Shown here: positions 33,936 through 41,564 of the stretch, one piece after another
Layout: the number at the start of each line of letters is the position of its first letter
How positions within the stretch are numbered: position 1 is the stretch's first letter
From: a virus
Reading direction: 5' to 3' (one strand)
Virus record (IMG/VR): IMGVR_UViG_3300020138_000002
Span: 1 to 50,354 of that record
Length of the DNA: 50,354 nt
Notes under the pieces: model-generated
Seen by the model: the letters and a program-made list of their open reading frames with translations, nothing else
Databases searched by the model: none
Told to the model about the DNA's origin: nothing
Program-made: the position numbers and the translations under genes

Positions 33936-35417
33936 TTACGAGCGCATGAACTGCTCCTCCAACGCCGCCAGCACTTCCGCCCGACGCTGCTCCTCCTCGG
34001 CGTTCGGGGCGACCGGCGCCGGCGGGCCATCGGACACCGGAGCGTTCACCCCGCTCGACCGCCGTCCGCCCATGATCTGGTTGAGCGTCGCAGCGAACTG
34101 GGCGTCGCGTTGACGCCGGGTCCCCGTCGCAGGGTCGTCGACCGGGGCGTGCGGGACGTCCTCGAACTGTTCGTCGTCGACCGGGTCCGCCGCGGGTGCG
34201 GTGGTGTGGCAGGTGTGGCAGGCGACGCCGATCGGGTCGTGGTCACCGAGGCACGTCATCGGGCATTCCGGGGCGCACACGAGCCGACCGTCACGGCAGT
34301 CGCCACGGGGGCAGATTCGGGCCGTTGAGCGGGCCGTTGAGCCGCGTTCGGGGCTGTCGGTGTCCTTGCGGGGGGGTTTGCTGGCGATCATGCCGTGGAT
34401 CGCGTCAGAGACGATCGTTGACGGCGCGAACGTCGCCGCGTTCGTGCCGGCGGCGGCGGCGGCGGTGCGGATCTGCTGTAGCGAGTACCCGCGTCGGATC
34501 GCGTCACGAAGCGCGGCATAGATCCGGTCCCGCTGGCTGACGCGGCCGGTCAGTTTGTCGCGGCATCCCGGGTCGATCGCCTCGCGGACCTGCTGCAACG
34601 CGGATTCGAGGTCGGCGGCGGTGACATCCGGTTCGACGACGGGCGTGGGCGTGGTGTCGTCGATGTCGGACCAGTCGATCGCCTCATCGGGGTTCGTGGT
34701 TTGGGTTTCTGCACACACACTCGTGACGGTGCTGTCGTCGACGGCGGGTTCCGGTTCGACGGCGCTCGCGTTCGCGTGCGCGTTACTACCGTTAGGTGTG
34801 TGTAGAGAGTGACCACCCCTGTCTTTGTCTCTTTCCTTTGTTTCTCTTCCTTTGTGAGAGAGGCCCTTTACCGGCGTTCCGTCACCGGCGTTCCGTGAGG
34901 GGCTTCCGGTGCGACCTGCGGAAACGTCCGTTTGTGCAGGTGGGGACGGGTGGGTTTCGAGAGTGTCGTCACCGGGGTTCCCCAACGGGCTTCCGGTGCC
35001 ACCTGCGGAAACATTCGTTGATGCAGGTGGCGGCGTCGACTTCCGAGGCGTCGACCGTGCCGCGACCCGTTCGGCGCCGAGCTTCGCCCACTCGTCGATC
35101 GGACGGTCCGACACCGTCGTCACCGTCGTCAGACGGCCACCGTTTGCTTGGGTGATGTCCCGACGCAGGTACCCGGCAAGTTCCAGCTCCCTCAGGGCGC
35201 TGAGGACGACTTTTCGTCCCTGTGGGGACTGTTCGGCGATTCGGTCGGCCGAGAATCTCCAGTCGCGGGGGCGGGTCAGCATGTAGTGGTGGACTCCGCG
35301 GGCCGCCCATGTGAGGCGTGCGTCGTCGACGACGTCGTTATCGATGATTATGAAGTTCCGGTCGTGTCGGTGCTGCCGGAGGACGGTTTCCTCGCCGGTG
35401 ATCTTCTTGTGGGCCAT
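33936..35417 (-). CDS. replication initiator / replisome-organizer-like DNA-binding protein (493 aa)
   Basis: An N-terminal winged-helix layout (FIIIDNDVVDDARLTWAARGVHHYMLTRPRDWRFSADRIAEQSPQGRKVVLSALRELELAGYL) like DnaD/phage O-type initiators. A low-complexity middle region carries DNA iterons. A Cys/His cluster follows (CPRGDCRDGRLVCAPECPMTCLGDHDPIGVACHTCH). Confidence 0.6.
   Translation of the reverse strand: MAHKKITGEETVLRQHRHDRNFIIIDNDVVDDARLTWAARGVHHYMLTRPRDWRFSADRIAEQSPQGRKVVLSALRELELAGYLRRDITQANGGRLTTVTTVSDRPIDEWAKLGAERVAARSTPRKSTPPPASTNVSAGGTGSPLGNPGDDTLETHPSPPAQTDVSAGRTGSPSRNAGDGTPVKGLSHKGRETKERDKDRGGHSLHTPNGSNAHANASAVEPEPAVDDSTVTSVCAETQTTNPDEAIDWSDIDDTTPTPVVEPDVTAADLESALQQVREAIDPGCRDKLTGRVSQRDRIYAALRDAIRRGYSLQQIRTAAAAAGTNAATFAPSTIVSDAIHGMIASKPPRKDTDSPERGSTARSTARICPRGDCRDGRLVCAPECPMTCLGDHDPIGVACHTCHTTAPAADPVDDEQFEDVPHAPVDDPATGTRRQRDAQFAATLNQIMGGRRSSGVNAPVSDGPPAPVAPNAEEEQRRAEVLAALEEQFMRS
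34901..35030. repeat. two 43-bp direct repeats (87-bp period), each containing an inverted repeat, inside the initiator gene: candidate origin iterons
   Basis: ggcttccggtgcGacctgcggaaacGtccgtttgtgcaggtgg (34901-43) versus ggcttccggtgcCacctgcggaaacAttcgttgatgcaggtgg (34988-35030). Inner palindrome arms (c)cacctgc ... gcaggtg(g). In addition, accggcgttccgt occurs twice in tandem at 34870-34896. Confidence 0.8.
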
Positions 35418-35538
35418 GAGCGTGCCTCTCTATGAGGCGTCACACTGTCGAGACGACGCGTAATCGTCTACGATCGGGGACGCATGTTGAGTTGATCGGA
35501 TTGACTAGTGGCAGTCGGATGCTGATGTCATTCGTGTT

Positions 35539-35569
35539 GGGGCGGCGGAGGTCACTACTCCGCCGCCCC
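35539..35569 (-). terminator. hairpin after the ERF gene
   Basis: A perfect 12-bp stem: ggggcggcggag (35539-50) with ctccgccgcccc (35558-69). It lies 12 nt downstream of the TAA at 35581. Confidence 0.6.
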
Positions 35570-35580
35570 GATCGTGTCTG

Positions 35581-36273
35581 TTACTCCGTCGGCGCCACGG
35601 CCGCTTGGGCGTTGTCGAGTAGATGCCTCACGTACGCCCCCAGGCCCCCCTGTTTTCCGTCGCGGGTAACGATCACCGGAGACGCCAGAATAAGGTCGCG
35701 GTTGGCGTTAGCCCAGCCGCGAAACTCCGAGACCTTCACTGGCGTGTTGCATTTGTCGTACAGCTCCTCGGCTTTTTTCGTCATCGAGTCCGCTGTTTCC
35801 TGCGAGACCGTCACCTGGTGGGTGTCGGCGTCGGGGTCACGTTCCGAGGTCGGGATGCACAGCACCTGGAGGATCGCGACCCGGTAGGCCACGGACTGGG
35901 CTTTCGATGCGCCCTTGTCGCCGGTGTCGGCGGCTTCGCCGAGGACCTCACACGAAATCGACGATCCGTCTGCCAGGCAGTACCACGTGTACCGCACCCT
36001 GACAGTCCAAAACAGATTGAGTTTCTGTGCGTTGGTGACGCGTTCGTCGACCTTGGTGTCGATGATCTCCGGGATGATCATGACTCCGTGCTCACGCAGC
36101 TGCGGACCGACAGCGTTGACCACGTCGTCGACGCCCCGGAAATTGTATTTCGAGTGGTTGTTCCAGCCGTCCTTCGTGACGGCGGTGACGCCCCTCATGA
36201 CGGCCCATATCGCCTGGTAGATGCCGGGTACGGCGGGGGCTTCAGGGGTGTGAGGGGTTGTGGTGGTGCTCAT
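35581..36273 (-). CDS. erf: ERF-family single-strand annealing protein (230 aa)
   Basis: IYQAIWAVMRGVTAVTKDGWNNHSKYNFRGVDDVVNAVGPQLREHGVMIIPEI... follows the ERF core pattern: a phage-ID lysine region, Y-x-(F/Y)-R-G, then the L..HG(I/V) block. RBS GAGAGGACCACACCC-ATG. Confidence 0.7.
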   Translation of the reverse strand: MSTTTTPHTPEAPAVPGIYQAIWAVMRGVTAVTKDGWNNHSKYNFRGVDDVVNAVGPQLREHGVMIIPEIIDTKVDERVTNAQKLNLFWTVRVRYTWYCLADGSSISCEVLGEAADTGDKGASKAQSVAYRVAILQVLCIPTSERDPDADTHQVTVSQETADSMTKKAEELYDKCNTPVKVSEFRGWANANRDLILASPVIVTRDGKQGGLGAYVRHLLDNAQAAVAPTE

Positions 36274-36340
36274 GGGTGTGGTCCTCTCTCAGAGCCGGGA
36301 AACGCATCGTACGCCTCCCGTACACATAATAGCGCATAAG

Positions 36341-36357
36341 TGGTATCGTTTTTCGCA
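36341..36357 (+). promoter_or_regulatory. extended -10 element TGGTATCGT lying 7 nt from ATG 36357: probable leaderless transcript
   Basis: Sequence aagTGGTATCGTttttcgcATG. The TGGTAT block is the same as in the other promoters, and there is no room for an RBS. Confidence 0.5.
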
Positions 36358-37043
36358 TGGATAGGATTACAGAACTACTAGCCGACGACACGCTCGTCAC
36401 CAGACGACAAATCGCCGAACTCCTTCACGTCAGCCTCGGAACCGTCAACAACTGGGGCCGATACGGCAAACTCCCCGCCCCGATCAACCCCGGCGAACGA
36501 CCCCTCAAATACGTCACCGCCGACGTCATCCGCAAAGAGGTCAACCTCGAATACAGCAGCCACCGACACATCGACGACAACGGCAACCCGGTGCAAATGC
36601 ACTCCACCGAGTCCACCGGCGTCCCCGACGGCTGCTACGGGTCCGTCGCCATGGCCATTTTCCGGCACACCACCGTCAACAACCTGCATCGACGCGTCAG
36701 GGAAGGTCGAGAACACCTACCTCACATCACCCCCACCGGGGCGTTCTATTGGACGAAACAGCAGGTAGAGACTCCTCCGCCGTCGCCGAAAGTGTCGCCC
36801 GGGGCGCCCCGGTGGGAAGACGTCGTACCCGACGCCGTCGGGCCCGACGTGTACTCGCGACGTCAACTCATCGACGAAGCCGGCTGCTCCCAACGCACAT
36901 GGGCGCGGCTGATCCGCGACGGAACGATCCCGCCGCCGCACCGATTCGGCCGGTACCAGTACTGGTGCGAGGACGGGATGGCCGCCGCCCGACGATTCCG
37001 CGAACTCACCACCACCCGATCAGGAGACAACGACGATGCCTGA
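36357..37043 (+). CDS. DNA-binding protein with three excisionase/MerR-type HTH_17-like modules (228 aa)
   Basis: Three similar modules: LVTRRQIAELLHVSLGTVNNWGRYGKLPAPI; TVNNLHRRVREGREHLPHITPTGAFYW; and VYSRRQLIDEAGCSQRTWARLIRDGTIPPPHRFGRYQYW. Confidence 0.6.
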   Translation: MDRITELLADDTLVTRRQIAELLHVSLGTVNNWGRYGKLPAPINPGERPLKYVTADVIRKEVNLEYSSHRHIDDNGNPVQMHSTESTGVPDGCYGSVAMAIFRHTTVNNLHRRVREGREHLPHITPTGAFYWTKQQVETPPPSPKVSPGAPRWEDVVPDAVGPDVYSRRQLIDEAGCSQRTWARLIRDGTIPPPHRFGRYQYWCEDGMAAARRFRELTTTRSGDNDDA

Positions 37044-37971
37044 AGTTCTTCCCCCCGGAACGCCCCGAGACGAGTGGCTCGACTACCGGCGCACCCGTGT
37101 CGGCGGCAGCGACATCGGATCGATCGCCGGACTCACGCCGTTCGTCGGATCCAGCGTGATCGACGTGTGGCGCCGGAAACGGACCGGCGAACAGATCCCC
37201 GACACGCCCCCGATGCGGCACGGCCGTGAACAGGAGCCGCTCGTCGCCGCCGAATTCGCCGAGATCACCGGCCTAGACCCGGTGGTGACCGGGACGTGGG
37301 CGCACCCCAACCGTCCGCGGCACATCGCCTCCCCCGACCGACTCATCGACGATGACTCCGGGCTCGAAATCAAGGTCACCAGCGAACGAAACCTTCCGGC
37401 CTGGACCGGCGACCAGGACGACCTCCCGCAGTACTACGTCGCGCAGGTCCAATGGTGCATGTACGTGACCGGACGACCCACATGGTGGCTCGCCGCCCGT
37501 ATCCACGGCCACGAGCTCATGACGCACCTGATCCACCGCGACGACGACCTGATCGCCTACTACGTGTCCATCGCCGACCAGTTCCTGGACGACCTCGACA
37601 CCGGGACCGTCCCGGCGACGGTGTGGCGACCCAACGACGTTCAGGCCGTCCACTCGTTGTTTCCGGGCGACCCGACGGCGACGCACGTCGAAGCAACCGA
37701 GGAGACGATGGCGCTGGTAAGCCGCCGCGTCCGACTCGACGAGCAGATCGCATGCCTGACCGCCGAACGTGACGCGGTGACCGCCCGCATCAAATCGGCG
37801 ATGGGCGACGCGTACGAACTGACCGGGTACGACGGAGAGACGATCGCGACATGGCGAGCGCACAGCCGGTCCCGGATCGACACGGCTCGTCTGCGCAGGG
37901 ATCACCCCGACCTGGCCGAGGAATACATGATCGAGTCGTCGACCCGACCCTTCACCATCTCCGGACGGTGA
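37036..37971 (+). CDS. YqaJ/lambda-exonuclease-like recombination exonuclease (311 aa)
   Basis: WLDYRRTRVGGSDIGSIAGLTPF is the YqaJ N-terminal motif. Downstream ASPDRLIDDDSGLEIKVTS fits the PD-(D/E)xK D...E-x-K core. RBS CAGGAGACAACGACG-ATG. Confidence 0.7.
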   Translation: MPEVLPPGTPRDEWLDYRRTRVGGSDIGSIAGLTPFVGSSVIDVWRRKRTGEQIPDTPPMRHGREQEPLVAAEFAEITGLDPVVTGTWAHPNRPRHIASPDRLIDDDSGLEIKVTSERNLPAWTGDQDDLPQYYVAQVQWCMYVTGRPTWWLAARIHGHELMTHLIHRDDDLIAYYVSIADQFLDDLDTGTVPATVWRPNDVQAVHSLFPGDPTATHVEATEETMALVSRRVRLDEQIACLTAERDAVTARIKSAMGDAYELTGYDGETIATWRAHSRSRIDTARLRRDHPDLAEEYMIESSTRPFTISGR

Positions 37972-37974
37972 TGT

Positions 37975-38010
37975 GTTCGCGAGCGGGCACCCCCATGCCC
38001 GCTCGCGAAC
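37975..38010 (+). terminator. hairpin with a perfect 15-bp stem after the exonuclease gene (no T tract)
   Basis: gttcgcgagcgggca (37975-89) pairs with tgcccgctcgcgaac (37996-38010), loop ccccca. Confidence 0.5.
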
Positions 38011-38053
38011 CCCCCTATGACCCATCGAACCAGAAGACCAAGGAGAACCACCA

Positions 38054-38632
38054 ATGATGCACAACAAGATCACCGACTTCGCCGACCCCGCCATCCCCGA
38101 CACCGACCTGACCATCGACGGTCTCGACCTCGACCACACCACCGATAAAATCCTTCGCCACCTCACTGGCGACATCGACGGCGCGAAAATCTGGACGGCG
38201 ATCGACCCCGACCTGCACAACGAGTTCATCGGTATCGCCGACACGATCCGAGAGCAGCAGGAGATCAAACGCGGCATGTTGCGCGACACCGCCACGCCCG
38301 GAGACCACCTCACGGCGATGACCGAAGGAGTCGCGATCGCGCTCCGGGATGCTCTGTCGAGTTCGGCCCCGGACCGGCGCACCGCCGCCCGCATCGCGAC
38401 GATCGTCGCCGCCGCCCCATCGGTCACCATTGACATGATCACCATCGACGCCGCATGGAAGGCGCTGAAGTCCGGGCAGGACGCCCTCAACGCGACGTCC
38501 GCCGCGCTCGACCAAGCCAAAGCCGATCTACGTGACGCGACCGACGATATTCGTCGGCTCAAAGTCGCGTTGTACCTGTCCACGATCATCACCATGGTTT
38601 CCCTGGCGTTCCTGGTCACGGGGTTGGTGTAG
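38054..38632 (+). CDS. C-terminally membrane-anchored hypothetical protein (192 aa)
   Basis: AGGAGAACCACCA-ATG. The C-terminal ALYLSTIITMVSLAFLVTGLV is a single TM helix. Confidence 0.6.
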   Translation: MMHNKITDFADPAIPDTDLTIDGLDLDHTTDKILRHLTGDIDGAKIWTAIDPDLHNEFIGIADTIREQQEIKRGMLRDTATPGDHLTAMTEGVAIALRDALSSSAPDRRTAARIATIVAAAPSVTIDMITIDAAWKALKSGQDALNATSAALDQAKADLRDATDDIRRLKVALYLSTIITMVSLAFLVTGLV

Positions 38633-38635
38633 GCG

Positions 38636-39961
38636 ATGACGTTGACGATGATGGATTGGTTCTGCGGCGCCGGCGGCAGCAGCCAGGGTGCTGACGCGGT
38701 ACCGGGCGTGGCGGTGTCGTTGGCCGCGAACCACTGGGACCGCGCGATCGAAACCCACGCAGCGAACTTCCCGCATGTCGACCACTACCAGGGCGACATT
38801 CGGGACGCGCCCGTCGACACGTGGCCGGTCGCCGACCTGTTCTGGGCGTCACCAGAATGCCCACAATGGAGCAACGCGCGTGGGAAACGCCGCGACTTCG
38901 CCGACCAGCCGACACTCCCCGGCCTCGAACCCGGACGCGACGCCGCCGCCGAACGAAGCCGCGCCCTCATGGACGAGGTACCGCAGTACCTGGCGGGTGT
39001 CGCCTCCCGCGGCGGCCGAGTCGCGGCCGGGGTCGTCGAGAACGTCGTCGAGGTTCGCGCCTGGACCGAATGGGACCGGTGGCTCCGCGACATCCGAAAC
39101 CTCGGGTACGACACCCGCGTCATCGCGTTGAACTCGATGCACGCCGCCAGCCACCGCACCCCACGAGCGCCGCAATCGCGGGACCGCCTGTACGTCGCCT
39201 ACTGGCACCGGTCCCTCGGCCGCGCCCCGGACTGGGACAAGTGGCTGCGTCCCGACGCCGAATGCGGATCGTGCGGCACGACCGTCGCCGCGATCCAGTC
39301 GTGGAAGCGGAACGGTGCGGACATGGGCCGGTACCGGACGCAGTACGTGTACCGGTGCCCGCGAACGTCGTGCCGTGGCCAGGTCGTCGAGCCGACGGTG
39401 ATGCCGGCGGCGACGGTGATCGACTGGTCGGTACCGGCGCAACGTATCGGTGACCGGGATCGTCCGCTCGCGCCGAAGACGCTCGGCCGGATCGCGGCCG
39501 GAATCGACCGGTACGTCCGTCCGGCGGTGTTGCGGCAGAGTGGCGTTCCGGCGTTGATCGTCCCGGTTGAAGGCCGCGACGGCAAAGAGGCGCGTCCGTC
39601 GACGGTCCCGATGCGGACGCAGACGGCCCGCAACGAGACCGGTGTCGCGTTCGTGGTCGAGCTGCGTGGCGGTAGTTCGACGGCGCGTCCGGTGACGGTG
39701 CCGACGGCGACGATCACGGCGTCGGGTAACCACCTCGGGATCGCGACGGCGACGACTATCGACCTTGATGACGTGCGGTTTCGCATGTTGCAGCCGCATG
39801 AGATTCAGGCGGCGATGGCGTTTTTCGGCGACTACCTGTTGGCGGGTTCGAAACGGGATCGGGTGCGTCAGCTGGGTAATGCGGTGACGCCGCCGGTGGC
39901 GGAGGTGATGGTGAGTGCGTTGGTGGAGGCGGTGACGGGTGAGGAGCTACACCGCGGATAA
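38636..39961 (+). CDS. DNA (cytosine-5) methyltransferase, orphan (441 aa)
   Basis: Motif I DWFCGAGGSSQG, motif IV SPECPQWS, motif VI VVENVVEV, motif X RQLGNAVTPPVA. No adjacent endonuclease ORF. Confidence 0.85.
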   Translation: MTLTMMDWFCGAGGSSQGADAVPGVAVSLAANHWDRAIETHAANFPHVDHYQGDIRDAPVDTWPVADLFWASPECPQWSNARGKRRDFADQPTLPGLEPGRDAAAERSRALMDEVPQYLAGVASRGGRVAAGVVENVVEVRAWTEWDRWLRDIRNLGYDTRVIALNSMHAASHRTPRAPQSRDRLYVAYWHRSLGRAPDWDKWLRPDAECGSCGTTVAAIQSWKRNGADMGRYRTQYVYRCPRTSCRGQVVEPTVMPAATVIDWSVPAQRIGDRDRPLAPKTLGRIAAGIDRYVRPAVLRQSGVPALIVPVEGRDGKEARPSTVPMRTQTARNETGVAFVVELRGGSSTARPVTVPTATITASGNHLGIATATTIDLDDVRFRMLQPHEIQAAMAFFGDYLLAGSKRDRVRQLGNAVTPPVAEVMVSALVEAVTGEELHRG

Positions 39962-39982
39962 TGTTGTGACCTAGAACACACG

Positions 39983-40020
39983 ACACGGGTGGAAACATTG
40001 TTTCCACCCGTGTTAGTTTT
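39983..40020 (+). terminator. rho-independent terminator after the methyltransferase gene
   Basis: acacgggtggaaac (39983-96) pairs with gtttccacccgtgt (40000-13), followed by tagtttt. Confidence 0.8.
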
Positions 40021-40056
40021 GTGGCAACGGAGAACCGCACCAGAAAGAAGGACACC

Positions 40057-40998
40057 ATGTTCCACATCGCCCTCCCCAAAGACGCCGCCGACCAGTTCCT
40101 CGACCTCAACGAATGGCGCCACATGGCCGACATCGACGACCACATCGAACGCACCGACTACGGCGTCCGCATCTCTCAGCACATCGTCGACGCGATCCTG
40201 AGCGACTCCGAGTTCCGTCCCGACCTCGATTTCTTCATCGACACCAACGAAGCCGGCGGCCTGTGCATGTGGGTCGACGGGTGGGCCTACGACCTCGTCG
40301 ACGACACGCCCGACCCCGCCGACAACTGGGACGACGACGACATCTCCCTGGCCGTGTGGTCGAAGAGCATGAACCCCAATGGCCTTCCCCGGGTGTTGGT
40401 CGACCCGGACGATCCTGACTCGACCATGGTCAACAGCAACCCCACCGACGTCATCGACCACTACCGGTCGATCGACGCCGACCGGGAACGCGTCTGGACT
40501 GAACTCCGTATCGACCGCGACGCCGACCCGAACCTGATGTACCTGTCGGCGGTCGCCGGTCTAGCCGACCACTACCGGCGCCTCCGCGACGACGCGATCC
40601 GCTGGTGCGTCTCCCACGGCGTCGACAGCAAACGCGCCATCGCTCGAGCCGCGGGACTGTCCGGCGGGAACGCGATCAACCGGGTGACCGAACGGGCGCC
40701 GAAGATTCTCGAGCACGTGACGTACACGTACAGGGCGTGGATCGTCACGGACAAGAAGATCATGCAGGGCGACATGTTCGAGACCCACGTGTACGAGATC
40801 GGCGAGGGCGGGAACTGGACCGGGGCGAAGCTGTTCTCGGAGATCGGCGATCAGCCGGCTGATGACTCGTCGACGATCATCGGTGTCGTCGAAGCGGCGC
40901 AGCATCTCCTGGAGAAGAACGGGTGGTTTTTCGCCGGTCCGGTCAAGTCAATCGATGTCGGTTACATGGTGGAGGTTCGGCGTGAGGGCGTCGAGTAG
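40057..40998 (+). CDS. hypothetical protein with an internal HTH-like segment (313 aa)
   Basis: The track ORF is trimmed to ATG 40057, preceded by GAAAGAAGGACACC. The segment SKRAIARAAGLSGGNAINRV is HTH-like. Confidence 0.55.
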   Translation: MFHIALPKDAADQFLDLNEWRHMADIDDHIERTDYGVRISQHIVDAILSDSEFRPDLDFFIDTNEAGGLCMWVDGWAYDLVDDTPDPADNWDDDDISLAVWSKSMNPNGLPRVLVDPDDPDSTMVNSNPTDVIDHYRSIDADRERVWTELRIDRDADPNLMYLSAVAGLADHYRRLRDDAIRWCVSHGVDSKRAIARAAGLSGGNAINRVTERAPKILEHVTYTYRAWIVTDKKIMQGDMFETHVYEIGEGGNWTGAKLFSEIGDQPADDSSTIIGVVEAAQHLLEKNGWFFAGPVKSIDVGYMVEVRREGVE

Positions 40999-41014
40999 TC
41001 GGTGATGTTCGGAT

Positions 41015-41045
41015 CGGCCCCGGTGTTCGCCGGGGCCGTTTCGTG
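41015..41045 (+). terminator. rho-independent terminator
   Basis: cggccccgg (41015-23) pairs with ccggggccg (41030-38), followed by tttcgtgtgtt. Confidence 0.7.
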
Positions 41046-41071
41046 TGTTCGGTGGTTTCTGACCTCCCCCC

Positions 41072-41101
41072 TTGCGTTTCCATAATTCGTCATGGTATGG
41101 T
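41072..41101 (+). promoter_or_regulatory. conserved early promoter copy: -35 TTGCGT, 18 nt, extended -10 TGGTATGGT
   Basis: ccccTTGCGTttccataattcgtcaTGGTATGGTgta. Nearly identical over about 40 nt to the copies at 48163 and 50176. Confidence 0.75.
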
Positions 41102-41131
41102 GTACCTAGTTCGTTCTTAGGAGAACCACAC

Positions 41132-41467
41132 ATGATCAGCATCATCGGACGCATCGACACCGAAGACAACAACCTCACCCCCGACATGATCGCCTCCATC
41201 GAAAACCACAACCCGTACGTCGACGCGACCACCACCGACATCGGCATCGACGAATACGGAGACATCCTGATCTACGCCGACATCGACATCTACTGCCCCG
41301 ACGACATCGAAGCCGTCACCATCACCGCCATCACCATCACCGGAGAACGCGTCGACGTCACCATCCCCGACCCTTACGTTGACGCTCAGGGAACCACCTG
41401 GGACTCCGACGTCGAATGGAACGTCGGATTCGACCGCGAAACGGGGGACTCGTACATCTACGCCTAG
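41132..41467 (+). CDS. hypothetical strongly acidic protein (111 aa)
   Basis: Trimmed to ATG 41132, preceded by AGGAGAACCACAC. Very Asp/Glu/Ile/Thr-rich. Confidence 0.65.
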   Translation: MISIIGRIDTEDNNLTPDMIASIENHNPYVDATTTDIGIDEYGDILIYADIDIYCPDDIEAVTITAITITGERVDVTIPDPYVDAQGTTWDSDVEWNVGFDRETGDSYIYA

Positions 41468-41486
41468 ACACCCCTAGACAGCAAGA

Positions 41487-41522
41487 AGGCCCCCGGGGAT
41501 TCGGGGGCCTACTTGTTTCTCT
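41487..41522 (+). terminator. rho-independent terminator
   Basis: aggccccc (41487-94) pairs with gggggcct (41503-10), followed by acttgtttctctt. Confidence 0.65.
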
Positions 41523-41564
41523 TAAAGAGAACCACACCCGCAACAGTACACGAGAGGAATCAGA

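Noticed and set aside
33863-34030. N-terminal extension of the small membrane protein ORF (136 aa in the track)
   Set aside because: The extension would run through the conserved promoter and into the initiator gene's 3' end. ATG 33862 has the conserved AGGAGAACCAC context downstream of the -10 element.
37273-38619. 448-aa minus-strand ORF
   Set aside because: It is antisense to the YqaJ exonuclease gene and the following gene, both of which have clear motifs and RBSs. Its translation is Arg/Ser/Val-rich with no motif.
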